The position numbers were made by a program, and so were the translations under genes. The notes beneath the pieces are model-generated. The model did not search any database. It saw nothing but the letters and a program-made list of their open reading frames with translations, and was not told the DNA's origin. From NCBI GenBank assembly GCA_963829695.1, contig CAWHJQ010000023.1, positions 353,814-417,813 on the forward strand: a stretch of 64,000 bases of DNA, read 5' to 3'. Shown here piece after piece: positions 50,096-61,530 of this stretch (its first letter is position 1; every line of letters begins with the position of its first letter). Source of the stretch: an uncultured delta proteobacterium (GTDB lineage Bacteria > Desulfobacterota > Desulfobulbia > Desulfobulbales > Desulfocapsaceae).

Positions 50096-51254
50096 TCACC
50101 ACAACCAGCCTTTTCGCTTCTTCTTACCAGCCGAAACATCAACCAGCGATTTTGCTAATTCCATATAGGCTTTTTCAACCTTTGATCCCCTGGCAACATC
50201 TGCAAGTGGTTTGCCGATATTAATCGCCTCCATTGTTGTCCTGAACGCATTGGGAATTTTGGCGTAAATAGTATTTGCAATGACCTCTTCAGCTTCTGCT
50301 AAAGTTATGGAGGAATTTTTTTCAAACCTGTTGAGAATGACACGAATCTTGTCTGCCAGCATACGGTTACGCAGGAAAAGAGACTCCTGTCGTCGCTTCA
50401 CATTGACCATGCACGGCAGGCTGAGTATTGATATCAGATAGATAATATCAGACATCTCAAGGACACTGTACATCATATCGTCTATCTGCATGCCGATATC
50501 GATGATTACAAAATCAAAGGCTTCCCTGGTCTTCTCAAGGACCTGCAGCATGGTTTGTGGATGAAGGGTGGTGTCCACACGGTTTGGTGCCGGCATAACG
50601 TACATTCCAGACTTATGTTTCACCAGGGCCTGGGTCAGAAATGCTGTATCGAGTCTGTTAATGTTTGTTGCCAGCTCATCCCAGTTGAAATCTGTTTCCA
50701 GGTCAAGCAAAATTGGAATCTCACCCAACACTCTGTTCATGTCAACCAAAGCAACTGTTTTTTCAGAATTTCTCAGCTGAATGCTGTTGGCAATATTTAC
50801 TGCAAAGGTGGTAGTGCCAACGCCTCCTTTGGCACCAAATATACCGATGACTTTTCCAGGATTAATATGCTCTGTCTGTCCCTTGTTGGTAAAATGCTGC
50901 TCCAGCACTTTCTGAAAAGCATTTCTAACATCCTGCTCAACAATAGGCTGCTCAAAAAATTCCTTTGCCCCGGTACGAAGCGCCGGAACCAATATACTAG
51001 AAGATGCATTGTTAGATGTTAGAAAAATAGTATTAACAATGCCATCCTTTAATAGTTCCCGCATCACTTCAAATTCAGAAGTGGGATCCTTGCCGATCTC
51101 ATAGATCAAGATATCCACTTCAGAGGCATCCTTGTCGTGTTGCAGAAAAAAATCGTCCAGGGTTGAAATTATTCCCTTAAATTTTTGTTCTACTTCCGGT
51201 GCCTGTATAGCAAGTCGGATAGATATTTTTTTTGTATTTTCTCAAAGCGGGCAT
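50096..51254 (-). CDS. cpaE: CpaE/TadZ (MinD-like ATPase with receiver-like N-terminus); probable 5' frameshift
   Basis: GAKGGVGTT, ALVDMN, VILNR, AINIGKPL. Confidence 0.8.
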
Positions 51255-51321
51255 AAGTAGTCATTTATTTTATATAATGGTTATAATCAAAAGATAAGAA
51301 TCAATTGCATGTTAACCTAAA

Positions 51322-52689
51322 TCATTGAAAATAGTGAGGATTTACAAGTTTAGGTATTTTAGCTAGTATACCATAATTGCTGCCTCCTGTATTTCCGCGC
51401 ATTGCAGCAGGATTACACTCAGGCTTGAAATACATGGATTTTTGATCGAATCCTGCAGGACTATCCTCAGCATCCTGTAAATTAAAAGTATTCTTGAAAT
51501 CATTCCAGCAAGCAGGATCAGTGTACGGATCCCCAGTTGTGGAAATAGTGGAATCACAAGTCCAATCACCCATTTTTATGGGATAATATTCAGGGTTATT
51601 TACCGTGATCCAGAGAACATTGATCTCAACCGATCCTACCACTTTTGTGCAAGGACTAGGTTTAGGACTAGCACAGTTCGGGTCACCTTCAGGGCAACAA
51701 TCTATGACCGGCAACACCAATTTCCATGGTTGGTCAGGAGCAGGTACAATGGCATTAGTTTTATTTTTAACCTTATTTATAGGTGAAGCACTTATCAAAT
51801 CCGACTGTCCATACCAACATTCCTGAAGATCAGAAAGCACAGTATCATTAGTTCCATTCGTACCATTAATATCTCTACCAAAATTAATGGTCTGCTTGTT
51901 GCCTGCACAGATATCATCTTTAATATCAGGCGTATTAGCAGCACCTGAGCATTCTCGGCAGCAGGCTGATCCAAGTCGACCCAGCCTGCCGTTTGATTAG
52001 TATTATTTAACATTCTTCCGGTATTGCAGATGTATTTGTTCAGTCCCCCAGCCTATAATATCCTGCATGCAAATTGCCACAGGCTGATCTGCTTCACCGG
52101 GCTGGAGGTCACCTGTAAACCCTAAATAAGCAACAGCATTCGTTTGCAAAAAAAGGTCATCAATTTCCAAATATTTTAGCGAAAAAGGAGGGTGTTTGAC
52201 TACGTGTGGTCGTAACCTTCACTGCATTAATAAATTCTTCATCTGTATCCAAATCAGCATCAGACTTGCCGAGTAGTATGGGGCATCCTTATCTATAATT
52301 TCAGGCACTGTAAATTTCCCTATCTTTCCTTCTTCCGTCGGACAGGAAAACACCAATGACCAACTTCGACCAGAACCTCAGTAATCTTATCTTTTCCGGC
52401 TTTTGTGCAATTTGGCGGCCCCTGTTTCCCTCGGCAATGGCTTCAGCCAGATTCAGGGTCCCATCGTTGGGTCACGCATCACTAAAGCAGCGGCAAGAGC
52501 TGCCCCATCAGCAGCATTCTGAAGTTCATTACGAACACCATAAAGGTGACCTACGTCGATTGCCAAGGCTGCAAAGGCAATGAAAAGAAAGATTAATATT
52601 CCTACTAGCGGGGCAACGGCACCACGGTCATTACCCAAATTATATTTATGCGAATGAAATCTTTTCATATAAAACCTCTTCATCATCAT
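51322..52689 (-). pseudogene. TadG-like pilus assembly protein, fragmented
   Basis: RGAVA..ALAIDVG..RNELQNAADGAALAAA N-terminus; remainder split over several short ORFs. Confidence 0.7.
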
Positions 52690-52690
52690 G

Positions 52691-53196
52691 TTAATCCATT
52701 CTCATCGTTGTAATGCCATGAACATCTATACTCTTGTCAAAAGTGCCGCCTAGCAGGCTATCCAAGTTAGGGAAAATCAAAAAATCATAGATGAAATCCA
52801 CTCTCGCAACCAAATAATAACCGGATACAGGTCCTGAAACGTTATTATCCTCTTCACAATCAGTGTAATTCCACAATAAACTGCAGAGTTATATCTGAAT
52901 CAGCTAACTGATTATTTGAGGAGCCTAGATTTAACAAAAGGCCATTAGCATAATCTTTGACGACTGCTTAATTTCGGCTCCGTCAATGGCTAATAATCGT
53001 ACATTTTGTCTCCGTCAAGATCAAGATATCTTGCTACATCTCCTGCCTGAGCGCCTTCACGGGAGGCATTGGTGATAACTGCTTTGTCATATAGGAAAAT
53101 ACTAAACTCAATAATTCCAAAGACCAAAACAAGCAGCAGAGGAAGAACAAGTGCAAACTCAACAGCAGAAGCACCATTTTCAGATTTTATTTTCAT
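52691..53196 (-). pseudogene. tadE: TadE-like pseudopilin, frameshifted
   Basis: GASAVEFALVLPLLLVLVFGIIEF..ASREGA; C-terminus (..TTMRMD) lies in a separate ORF. Confidence 0.75.
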
Positions 53197-53228
53197 GGGT
53201 ATTCCTCCATGGTTTGCAGGTAATTTTC

Positions 53229-53510
53229 TTACTTACCTACTCCAAGATCAATGGTATAAGACCTGGCTTTCTGTTCCTGTTTGTTAAAACTGTTGATATA
53301 GGTTTCCATTACCTTTGAACCGACAGCTCCTTCTGTACCTAAAATCGGCTCATTATCAATGGGGGCTTCAAGGTCAGCTATCTGGTTATACTTGGCCAGG
53401 TTGTACGACGTACCCCAAAACTGTTGAACACGAGTTTCCTCTTTTGCACAGCCTGCGGTCAGAAGACAGATAATTATCACTGTCCCCAGGGTGATCGCTA
53501 TGTTCTTCAT
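53229..53510 (-). CDS. Small lipoprotein of the tad locus
   Basis: Lipobox TAGC; GGAG RBS. Confidence 0.7.
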   Translation of the reverse strand: MKNIAITLGTVIIICLLTAGCAKEETRVQQFWGTSYNLAKYNQIADLEAPIDNEPILGTEGAVGSKVMETYINSFNKQEQKARSYTIDLGVGK

Positions 53511-53593
53511 ATATCTACTCCGCTTTATAAATGATAAGGATAAAATGCCTTTTTTGCTCTCTTTATTCAGGAATTATGTAACCAAAATCACCT

Positions 53594-55003
53594 TCAAGCC
53601 CCGTTGTCTCCTGCTGCATCGGTGGAGTCCCTTCGAAGCCTTCCAAGCAACAGTAATTCAAAGGTATTGGGCTCAATAAAAGAATCGGTTGGCAGGGGTT
53701 GATTTGCCATATCCAAGGGTTTGACAAGGTGAGGGGTAACAATCACCACCAGCTCTGTTTCATTCTTCTGATATTGCGTACTTCTGAACAGCGCTCCAAG
53801 AATGGGGATGCTGCCGAGGACTGGAAACCTGGTAATGCTTTCACGCACAGTGCTTTTCAGCAGCCCTGCTATGGCAAAACTCTGACCGTCTTTCATCTCA
53901 ACAACCGTTGACATACGCCGGGTTTCAAGGCCGGGGATCAGAAAACCATTTTGAAAGGTAGCATTACTAAAGTCAAGCTCTGAAATTTCCGGATTAACCC
54001 GCATGGAAAGACTGCCATCTCCCAGGACGGTAGGAGTGAAGTTAAGAGACACGCCGAATTCTTTCCATTCAATGGTGGTCGAACCTAGTCCTGCCCCGGT
54101 CGGTACAGGAAATTCACCGCCCGCCAGAAAACTTGCATTTTGTCCACTTAAAGCGATCAGGGTCGGTTCGGCCAGTATCTTTACAAGTCCTTCCTCTTCA
54201 AGGGCCTTGATAAACACTAACAAATCACCCTTGCCCGAAAAACCAAGAATGCCATTAACACCACTACCAAGTGTGCTTGTAAGTACCCCCTCCGCCAATT
54301 CAGTAGAGACCAAACTACCTATCGTACTGACGGCAAAATTGTTACCATCGTTTGATATCGCGGTGAAGTTAATCCCCAGTTCTTTGCCGACTTTTCGGGA
54401 AATCTCAGCCACCTTGACCTCAAGCATAACCTGCTGAATACCGCCTATTTTCAGCATATTGAGTACCTTGCCTGGTTCGGGGGCGTAGGTTTCCGCCAGG
54501 GCAACAACCTTGGTCAGTCTGGATGTGTCTGTCACTGTGCCGTTCAGGGTAATATAGTTGCCACTGGACCTGACCTGCACGTTTTCACCTGGAAAAATTT
54601 CATGCAGTTTCTTTTTTAACTCGGCAACATCTGGAGAAACAACAATGTTGAATATGCCAATAATACGATTGTTCGCATCCCACAGGGTCAGTTGCGTAGT
54701 CCCTGCAGCTTTAGCGCTAAAAAAGACCCAGTGGGGTGACTGGGTCTTGGAAGCAATCAACTCGGCGATTTCGGGCCTCACCATATGCGCGCGCTTGACT
54801 GGCCTGCGGGACTGCAGTTTACCAAGCTTACCGACCACCAGGTTGATCGTCTGGTCGGTATCCTTGTGCACTATAACATCTGGATTATTTGTAAGATCCG
54901 GTTTTTTTGCAGCGAATGCCTGGCCCTGCATTACAAAAGAAATAATCAGCAGCCTTAGCAGCCAGCCAAATAGGGTTTTCTCTCTATTCGAATAAAATTG
55001 CAT
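53594..55003 (-). CDS. cpaC: Tad secretin CpaC/RcpA
   Basis: QVMLEVKVAE, LAEPTL..SG..ASFLAGGEFP, IPILGALFRS, ETELVVIVTPHLV. Confidence 0.92.
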   Translation of the reverse strand: MQFYSNREKTLFGWLLRLLIISFVMQGQAFAAKKPDLTNNPDVIVHKDTDQTINLVVGKLGKLQSRRPVKRAHMVRPEIAELIASKTQSPHWVFFSAKAAGTTQLTLWDANNRIIGIFNIVVSPDVAELKKKLHEIFPGENVQVRSSGNYITLNGTVTDTSRLTKVVALAETYAPEPGKVLNMLKIGGIQQVMLEVKVAEISRKVGKELGINFTAISNDGNNFAVSTIGSLVSTELAEGVLTSTLGSGVNGILGFSGKGDLLVFIKALEEEGLVKILAEPTLIALSGQNASFLAGGEFPVPTGAGLGSTTIEWKEFGVSLNFTPTVLGDGSLSMRVNPEISELDFSNATFQNGFLIPGLETRRMSTVVEMKDGQSFAIAGLLKSTVRESITRFPVLGSIPILGALFRSTQYQKNETELVVIVTPHLVKPLDMANQPLPTDSFIEPNTFELLLLGRLRRDSTDAAGDNGA

Positions 55004-55021
55004 TTTGCGATTTACCTCCCC

Positions 55022-55884
55022 TCAATGGTTATACTGTTTAGGCTGCTGCCATTCATCACTTCGACCACAAACTGCTTTTTGGGTCGAGCAAAGCTGACAG
55101 TCTTTGGGCTTTGATTTACGCGGGGGAGCAGCTACGGCAACAAGTTCTTCTGTACGATAGTTTTGCAACAGTTCAGGCACTGTGGCTCCGCGGGTAAAAA
55201 CGACTTCCTTATCAGAGTAACCACGCAGCGCAAGACTGATAGCGCCTTTGTCTCGCGCAAGTGCCAAACGTTCTGATTCTTCCGGAGTTACCTCAAGGGT
55301 AACAACATTAACTTTTGTAGCCTTCTTATCAGTTGTTACCTGATCCTGCGTACCAATTGCCAGCACTAAGATGTTTTCAAGGACCATTTTGGTGATAAAA
55401 CCTTCTTTCTCACCTTTTGCGCCAATAGAAACAAGTACATCAACCATATGCCCGGGATGAACAAAACCGGCAATGCCTATCACTTTGTCTACACTGACAG
55501 ACATAGCACGTTTGTCGGCACTGACAATTGCAGCCAATCCGCCGTTCTTGATATCCAAAGAGGCAAGCTGAGAGTCAATAATAGGCACAGTAGCCTGAAT
55601 GTTTGTCATTGCTACACGATTAACTGGAGTTTTGTCAGGAGAAAATGTCCCGACCGGACAACTTCCACCAAAAAACCAGTAAAGCGGATATCTTCCTGGG
55701 ACAGTTTGTGGCCTCGCGGAATATCCCTGGCTGCAACCGCTATTTGTTGCATCTTGACCTCCGGCGCTTTTTTCGTGACAACACCCTGCTCTTTCTCGGA
55801 CATCATCCTGTAGCTCATAAAACTAACGACCCCTGCTAAGACGAGGGCAAATGCAAGAAATGCCAGGCGTGCGAATCTGCTCAT
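55022..55884 (-). pseudogene. cpaB: CpaB/RcpC, frameshifted
   Basis: VAARDIPRG in the upstream ORF; RAMSVSV..GIAGFVHPGHMVDVL, VTLEVTPE, LALR in the downstream ORF. Confidence 0.82.
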
Positions 55885-56149
55885 TCTTCATCTCCTTTAA
55901 TCAGTTGACCAGAACACTCAAAAAAACTAATTACTATTAAACAAAAAATTCCGTAATTTTTGCTGTCCCCACTTAAGGAGTAAAAAAGTACAGAATATAA
56001 TTTCCAAGGTGCTAAAAAGCCATGATTTATATAACAAACAGAAGCTGCCTCTCTCAAGCACTCTACCCTGTTATTACAATTTTCCTTCAAAGACATGTAT
56101 ATCTTACTATCTAATCCCTTAAATTGATATAAAAAAACAAATATTTAGT

Positions 56150-56729
56150 TCATGGGCCAGCAAACGGGATAAAACCCTGTACTGCAAACTGCCAGATAAT
56201 TGAGGAAAGTGCGCCGGCAGCTATAACTAGACCAGGGGATGCCTTCCCCTGGCTGGCGGGGATTATCTTTAAAAACAGACAATCCTGCCCCGGAAAAAAA
56301 AAGCCAAATAGCAATTCCTAATCGTTTAAATGTGATAAAACGGTACGTTTTTTTATCATAACAGCCAGAGCCACAAAGCCTCCTAAAATAGCTGCAAACA
56401 AAAAAACGGAAAAAACCTGCTGTGGCCCTAGGAGGGCTCCAAGCGCACTCATAAGCTTAACATCTCCAGCCCCCATACCTCCCATAACATAAGGGATAAA
56501 GAGGACAAGAAAGCCGATCCCCATGCCTTTTAAACTAAAAAGAAAACCATCCCATTGCCCGACTATCGTATAATAAACGAGACCATACATTAATAGATGG
56601 TAAAATTATAATATTAGGTATACGGTGACTGCGATAGTCAATGAGAGAAATAATGGTGAGGATCACCGCCAAAAAAACTAATAGGATTGTAGACAAAAGA
56701 TTGTTGCTAAGATTGGCAAGCATAAACAT
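56150..56729 (-). pseudogene. cpaA: Prepilin peptidase CpaA/TadV (A24), frameshifted
   Basis: DYRSHRIPN and GGMGAGDVKLM lie in different frames; the C-terminal GLVIAAG segment is outside both ORFs. Confidence 0.8.
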
Positions 56730-56735
56730 GTATGA

Positions 56736-56930
56736 CTAAATTCCATTAGATGTCATAGCGTCCTTCGCGGCTTCAAATAGACTGTTCACCTTAATGCCAA
56801 TGGATAAAACAACAGCTACAATTACAGCAGCAATAGCCGAAGCCATGATTGCGTACTCAACCGCAGTGGCTCCTTCTTCATCAAAAAGAAATTTTTTTAC
56901 AATATCAATTAGCTTCAAATATCCATCCAT
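56736..56930 (-). CDS. flp: Flp family type IVb pilin
   Basis: DEEG|ATAVEY followed by a hydrophobic helix. Confidence 0.9.
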   Translation of the reverse strand: MDGYLKLIDIVKKFLFDEEGATAVEYAIMASAIAAVIVAVVLSIGIKVNSLFEAAKDAMTSNGI

Positions 56931-57035
56931 TGAGTAGTGGTTTGTTGTAATATTTTTACACTGTCCATTATTTGTCAATGCCCACTGCTGCATGAACATT
57001 GACAAATAAATATAGAACCAATCGATGTTATATTA

Positions 57036-57207
57036 GTTAAAGGAGCCATTGCATTATTTACTTTGTTAAAAGCGTTTTTACTTTTGTGCCAATGCAAAAA
57101 CAACAGCAACAATTACCGCAGCTATAGCAGCAACCATAATCCCGTACTCTACTGCAGTCGCCCCTTCTTCATCCTTTAAAAAATGCTTTAATTTTGCTTA
57201 CAATCAT
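57036..57207 (-). pseudogene. flp: Second Flp pilin, frameshifted (absent from ORF track; 3' end approximate)
   Basis: Minus strand encodes KDEEGATAVEYGIMVAAIAAVIVAVV, out of frame with the ATG at 57207; strong GGGAGG RBS. Confidence 0.8.
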
Positions 57208-57295
57208 AATTTTTTCCTCCCCTTAGTGTTTGTTCTACCATTCGGCCCTATGCCTCCTGGCGCATTAGACAAAATTTATTGTTGCCTCACTATTC

Positions 57296-57448
57296 ATCAA
57301 AACGTATGCCAAAAGAGTAGCAAAAGTTATAAGCCCTCCAAACTAAATGAAAAAATCTATATATTCGTTTAAATTTAATTTAAACGTTGTTTAAATGCTG
57401 CTAGGAAAGTTCTTTTTTCCGGAAAACATATCCTTTTTTCCGGAAAAA
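57296..57448 (-). promoter_or_regulatory. Candidate sigma-54 promoter of flp with paired upstream palindromes
   Basis: TTGGCAT-N5-TTGA at 57312-57296 (imperfect -12 box); TTTTCCGGAAAA twice, 21 bp apart, at 57413-57448. Confidence 0.45.
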
Positions 57449-57662
57449 TAAGGCCTCTGTAACTATTCCGAATTTAGTTGACCTTTTACAATCTCAATTG
57501 GTATTAGTATTTGTTACCATTTGTCGATAAAAATCAAATTTTAAATGAAGATATTTTTTTGCAAACTTTTTTTTGTAAATTTTTTGTCATCCTGACCAGC
57601 GGAAGGCAAGGTTGCCTCTCAATCAGATGCTGGAAGCCCTTAAACTCAGTGACAATCATTTA

Positions 57663-59238
57663 ATGCCAATGCTCAAAAAATGTTATGAATTTCTAACCAT
57701 ACCCAGAATGGTCTTTTGTGTTTTTTTCATTGTCTCACTGCATGTATGACACTTGGTGACCCTGACTATTATTGGCACATTAAAACTGGTGAATACATCT
57801 TTAATTACCTTCTGCCTCGTCAGGATATTTTTTCTTTTACCATGCCAGGACATCCATGGGTGCTTCATGAGTGGTTGTTCCAGGTGCTTCTTTTTTTGGT
57901 TTTTTCATCTTTTGGCGCAATTGGTATAAAATCATTCACGGTTGTCTTGACTCTTTCATCTTTATATTTAATATATAGGATATCAAAAAAACTTTCTTCA
58001 GTCAGGATCACCACAGTCGTAATGCTTTTACTGGTTCCATTGCTGATAGCCCCATTCCTCTCTCCCAGGCCTCAGCTTTTTTCCTATCTCTTTTTTTCAT
58101 ATTACTTTTATGGTCTGTTATCTTTTAAATATTTTCACAAGGTTCAATACCTGTACACCTTCCCTCTGGTCATGATTTTATGGGTCAACCTGCACGGAGG
58201 CTATATAGTAGGTATTGCCTTGTTATTTTTCTTTGCACTCACTGAACTGTTATCAAATTTCTTCATACCAGAGAATAAACAGAAAAAACGAACAGCATTA
58301 CTTCTACCTTTGGCATAGCTTTTTTGTCACTCGCAGCATCAAGCCTGAATCCTGATTTTATTGACCATTGGAAATATCCGTTTCAGGTAATGTCCATGGA
58401 AGCATCAAAAAATTTTATCAGTGAATGGCAATCACCCGATTTTCATGATTTGTTCGGCAAACTATACTTGCTTTTTGTCTTTGCTTTTTTCGCGGCAAAT
58501 ATTTACAGAAAAGACAGACCTGACCTGACAGAATTTCTTATCCCACTTTTTTTCATTACAGAGGGATTCATTGCCAGCAGACATATGCCTTTTGCAGTGT
58601 TATCAACGATTCCTTTTCTTGCCGCTGCCTTGAATAATCGTATGCCAATAACCTTTTGTAACCATTTAGAAAATTATTCATTAAAACGTTTTTTAAACAC
58701 ATCCAAATCAGCACTTGCTAAAGATCTGGGCAGTAAAGAGTACCTTCTCAATTGGTTTATCCTTTTACTTGGCGTCATTTGCAATCCTGTTGGCTGCACC
58801 TTCGATAAAAGCTGGACTGCAGAAAAAATTAATAAAAATATTCCAGTTGCGGCAATTGATTTTGTTGTCGATAAGAAAATTAAAGGTCGAATTTTCAATA
58901 CCTATGGTTTTGGGGGATATTTGATTTATCGGCTTTATCCGGAACAAAAAGTCTTCATTGATGGCAGGGCAGATATGTATGGTGATGACTTTATTGAAAA
59001 ATATAAGACAATTGACAGGGGACTCCCTGGTTGGGAAAAAGAATTTGACCAGTATGATATAGATTATGTAGTATGCAAGAGGACAGCTCCCATACGCCAA
59101 CTTCTGTTGACCCGAGGTGACTTTGGCCTTGTTTATGACGATGAGTACAACTCTGTTCTGGTCAAAAATTTGCCGAGATTTGCCAACTTGATAGCAGAAT
59201 TCGATAAATCAAAATCGGTGGCAGCCCCACATATCTAG
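57663..59238 (+). pseudogene. Polytopic membrane protein, GT-C-like glycosyltransferase, frameshifted (~57720-57745 and ~58320)
   Basis: DPDYYWH, HEWL, RPQLFS, LWVNLHGG, SEWQSP, FIDGRADMYG across two ORFs; many TM segments. Confidence 0.6.
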
Positions 59239-59270
59239 ACGCAGAGTCAACTGAAAACGTTAAAAAAATC

Positions 59271-60204
59271 ATGCAGGATAAAAAAATTACAATTTCCATA
59301 ATTTGCCCCCTCTACAATGAAGAGGAGATGGTCCCTGTTTTCCTGCGAAGACTTGTTGCCGTGCTGGAAGGTCTTCAAAAATCTTTTGAGATTATATGCG
59401 TTAACGATGGCAGTACAGATAAGACTTTACCTGCACTTCTGGCCGCCAAAAAAGAGTACACTCAGTTAAGAATAATTAACCTGTCCCGCAATTTCGGCAA
59501 AGAAGCAGCCCTGTCAGCCGGCCTCGATTTTTCCTGTGGTGAGGTCGTGATACCTATCGATGCCGACCTGCAGGATCCTCCCGAGCTTATAGCAGATATG
59601 CTTGCTTACTGGCAGGAAGGATATGATGTAGTACATGCTAAACGTACTGATCGAACAACAGACAGCTTCCTGAAGCGTAACACTGCATTTTTATTTTATA
59701 AGATGCATAATTCAATTTCAGCAACCACTATTCCGGAAAATGTGGGTGACTACAGGTTGATGTCCAGAAAGGTTGTGAATGCCCTGCGGTCGATGCCGGA
59801 AAACCAGCGTTTTATGAAAGGGTTGTTTGCCTGGGTGGGTTTTAAAACAGCAGAGATCGAATATACCAGGGCAGCAAGGAAAGCAGGAGGGTCTAAATTT
59901 AATGGTTGGCAGTTATGGAATCTTGCGCTGGATGGCATTACAAGCTTCAGTACTCTGCCTATACGAATATGGCTCTATCTCGGGTTCTTTATATCCATTT
60001 TCTCCCTCAGTTATGGTTTTTTTATTATATTCAGGACATTATTCCTTGGGATTGATGTTCCGGGCTATGCTTCGCTGTTAACCTCAGTCCTTTTTCTTGG
60101 TGGTATTCAGCTTATTGGTATTAGGTCTCATCGGGGAATACATCGGCAGGATATATATGGAGTCCAAGGCACGTCCACTTTATATCGTTGAAGATGAATA
60201 CTGA
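59271..60204 (+). CDS. GtrB-like polyprenyl-phosphate glycosyltransferase (GT2); frameshift near 60125
   Basis: [29 protein letters not shown]; canonical tail GEYIGRIY.E...RPLY lies in another frame ending at 60204. Confidence 0.85.
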
Positions 60205-60230
60205 ATCATAAAAAATATTTATAGCTCCAA

Positions 60231-60467
60231 TTATTTTTCACACAAACAGAAAATAGAGACTCCCGCAAGCTTGTTAATCTTGAAAAAAGGGAGTTCCGCA
60301 GAACACAATGCGGTTAGCAGGAAATTCGTTACCGAACCATGCACTTGCAAATCGCTTTTTGGTGAACTGTTATTTCTTCTAATAAAAAGTTTCTGGCCAA
60401 GACGAACAGTTGCGACAAGGGGGAAAACAAATCCAAAATAGTAACAGATCGATTTTTCTCTCAGCCC
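60231..60467 (-). pseudogene. 3' fragment of a gene interrupted by the transposon (probably a class I SAM methyltransferase)
   Basis: YYFGFVFPL..KSDL..N..L....E......AGVSIFCLCEK resembles C-termini of methyltransferases found beside GtrB genes; coding character stops at the TGT junction. Confidence 0.55.
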
Positions 60468-60570
60468 TGTTACGTTGCAAGCCCCACAACCCCCCAGTTG
60501 CAAATTCCGTGTCATGGAAGGTGCATGGCCATCCACCAAATCGTTCCGTTCTGAGCGCCCCCCTATAGCA

Positions 60571-61530
60571 TTACGGAACGGAACGATGTGAAAAAGGCTG
60601 GTCAGAAAAAAAAGGGTTCACTTCTGCCCGTAGTTCCTCGTCGGTAAGATCGTCTGGATCCATCCCCACCGGCAAACAGATTGACTGGATATTGTTTTTT
60701 CCTCTGCTTTTCAATTCCATTTCTATCCGGCGGGTCGCTTTCATGCCGGCGTCATCGCCATCGAGCATAAGAACAATATCTTTGAGCTGATCAAGCAAGG
60801 GGTATTGGCTATCGGAGAGTTGAATGCCCAGCAGAGCAACGGCTGGGATATTGAGTTGATGGAGTCTCATCACCCCCCATGGGCATTCGGTTACCACTAT
60901 TGTGTCCGGGAGCGGTCTTGCTATGCGGTGGTAATTGTAGAGAGTGGTAGTTTTAGGGAAGTGGGGAGGAAACTGATATTTCCCATAGCACTTTACTGTT
61001 GCAGGATTTAACCGTCTGGCCAGGTATCCGATGGGATGCCCGTGTACATCATGCAGTCGTATTCCAATGGAGTCAGCCAGAAAGCCTTTGCCGTAATAGG
61101 CGCCGACTTCAAAGCGAGCAGCTGTCATGGGGGTGATGCCTTTCTGCTGCAGCCAGGGGGTACAGTGATCGAGCGGTAGTTTTCGGACAAACGGCTTAAA
61201 TGATTGTGGGGGAGTTGGCGGCAGGGGGAGCCTTGACCTATTCCCTGCAAGTGCTCGCAGGTATTGCCGGGTTTGCTGGAAGTTTTTGCCGTCAAGCCTG
61301 CGGACCAAATCGACAATATCACCACCGTTACAGCCGGTAAAGCAATACCACAGATTCTTTTCGAGACTGACCACAAAAGCGTTTGGATTGTCACCGCCGT
61401 GCAGGGGACATGGGCCAACCAGCCGATCTCCCTGTTTTTTGAAGGTATCCAGCAGTCCTTTATCATCAAGGACTGCCGGTATGGGGACTATTTTCTTGAG
61501 GGTGTCAAACTGTAACAACCGGGACATCAC
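60571..61530 (-). CDS. DnaG-like primase: CHC2 zinc finger + TOPRIM
   Basis: CPLH..CFTGC..GDIVDLV, GYLARR, LYNYH, VTE, MLDGDDAG, DPDD. Confidence 0.85.
   Translation of the reverse strand: MMSRLLQFDTLKKIVPIPAVLDDKGLLDTFKKQGDRLVGPCPLHGGDNPNAFVVSLEKNLWYCFTGCNGGDIVDLVRRLDGKNFQQTRQYLRALAGNRSRLPLPPTPPQSFKPFVRKLPLDHCTPWLQQKGITPMTAARFEVGAYYGKGFLADSIGIRLHDVHGHPIGYLARRLNPATVKCYGKYQFPPHFPKTTTLYNYHRIARPLPDTIVVTECPWGVMRLHQLNIPAVALLGIQLSDSQYPLLDQLKDIVLMLDGDDAGMKATRRIEMELKSRGKNNIQSICLPVGMDPDDLTDEELRAEVNPFFSDQPFSHRSVP

Noticed and set aside
55881-56096. 71-aa ORF between cpaA and cpaB
   Set aside because: AT-rich, no motif; probably intergenic sequence.
56155-56200. GCAAAC..GCAAAC pattern resembling a c-di-GMP-I riboswitch
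   Set aside because: Lacks the GNRA loop and receptor, and lies antisense within the cpaA 3' end.
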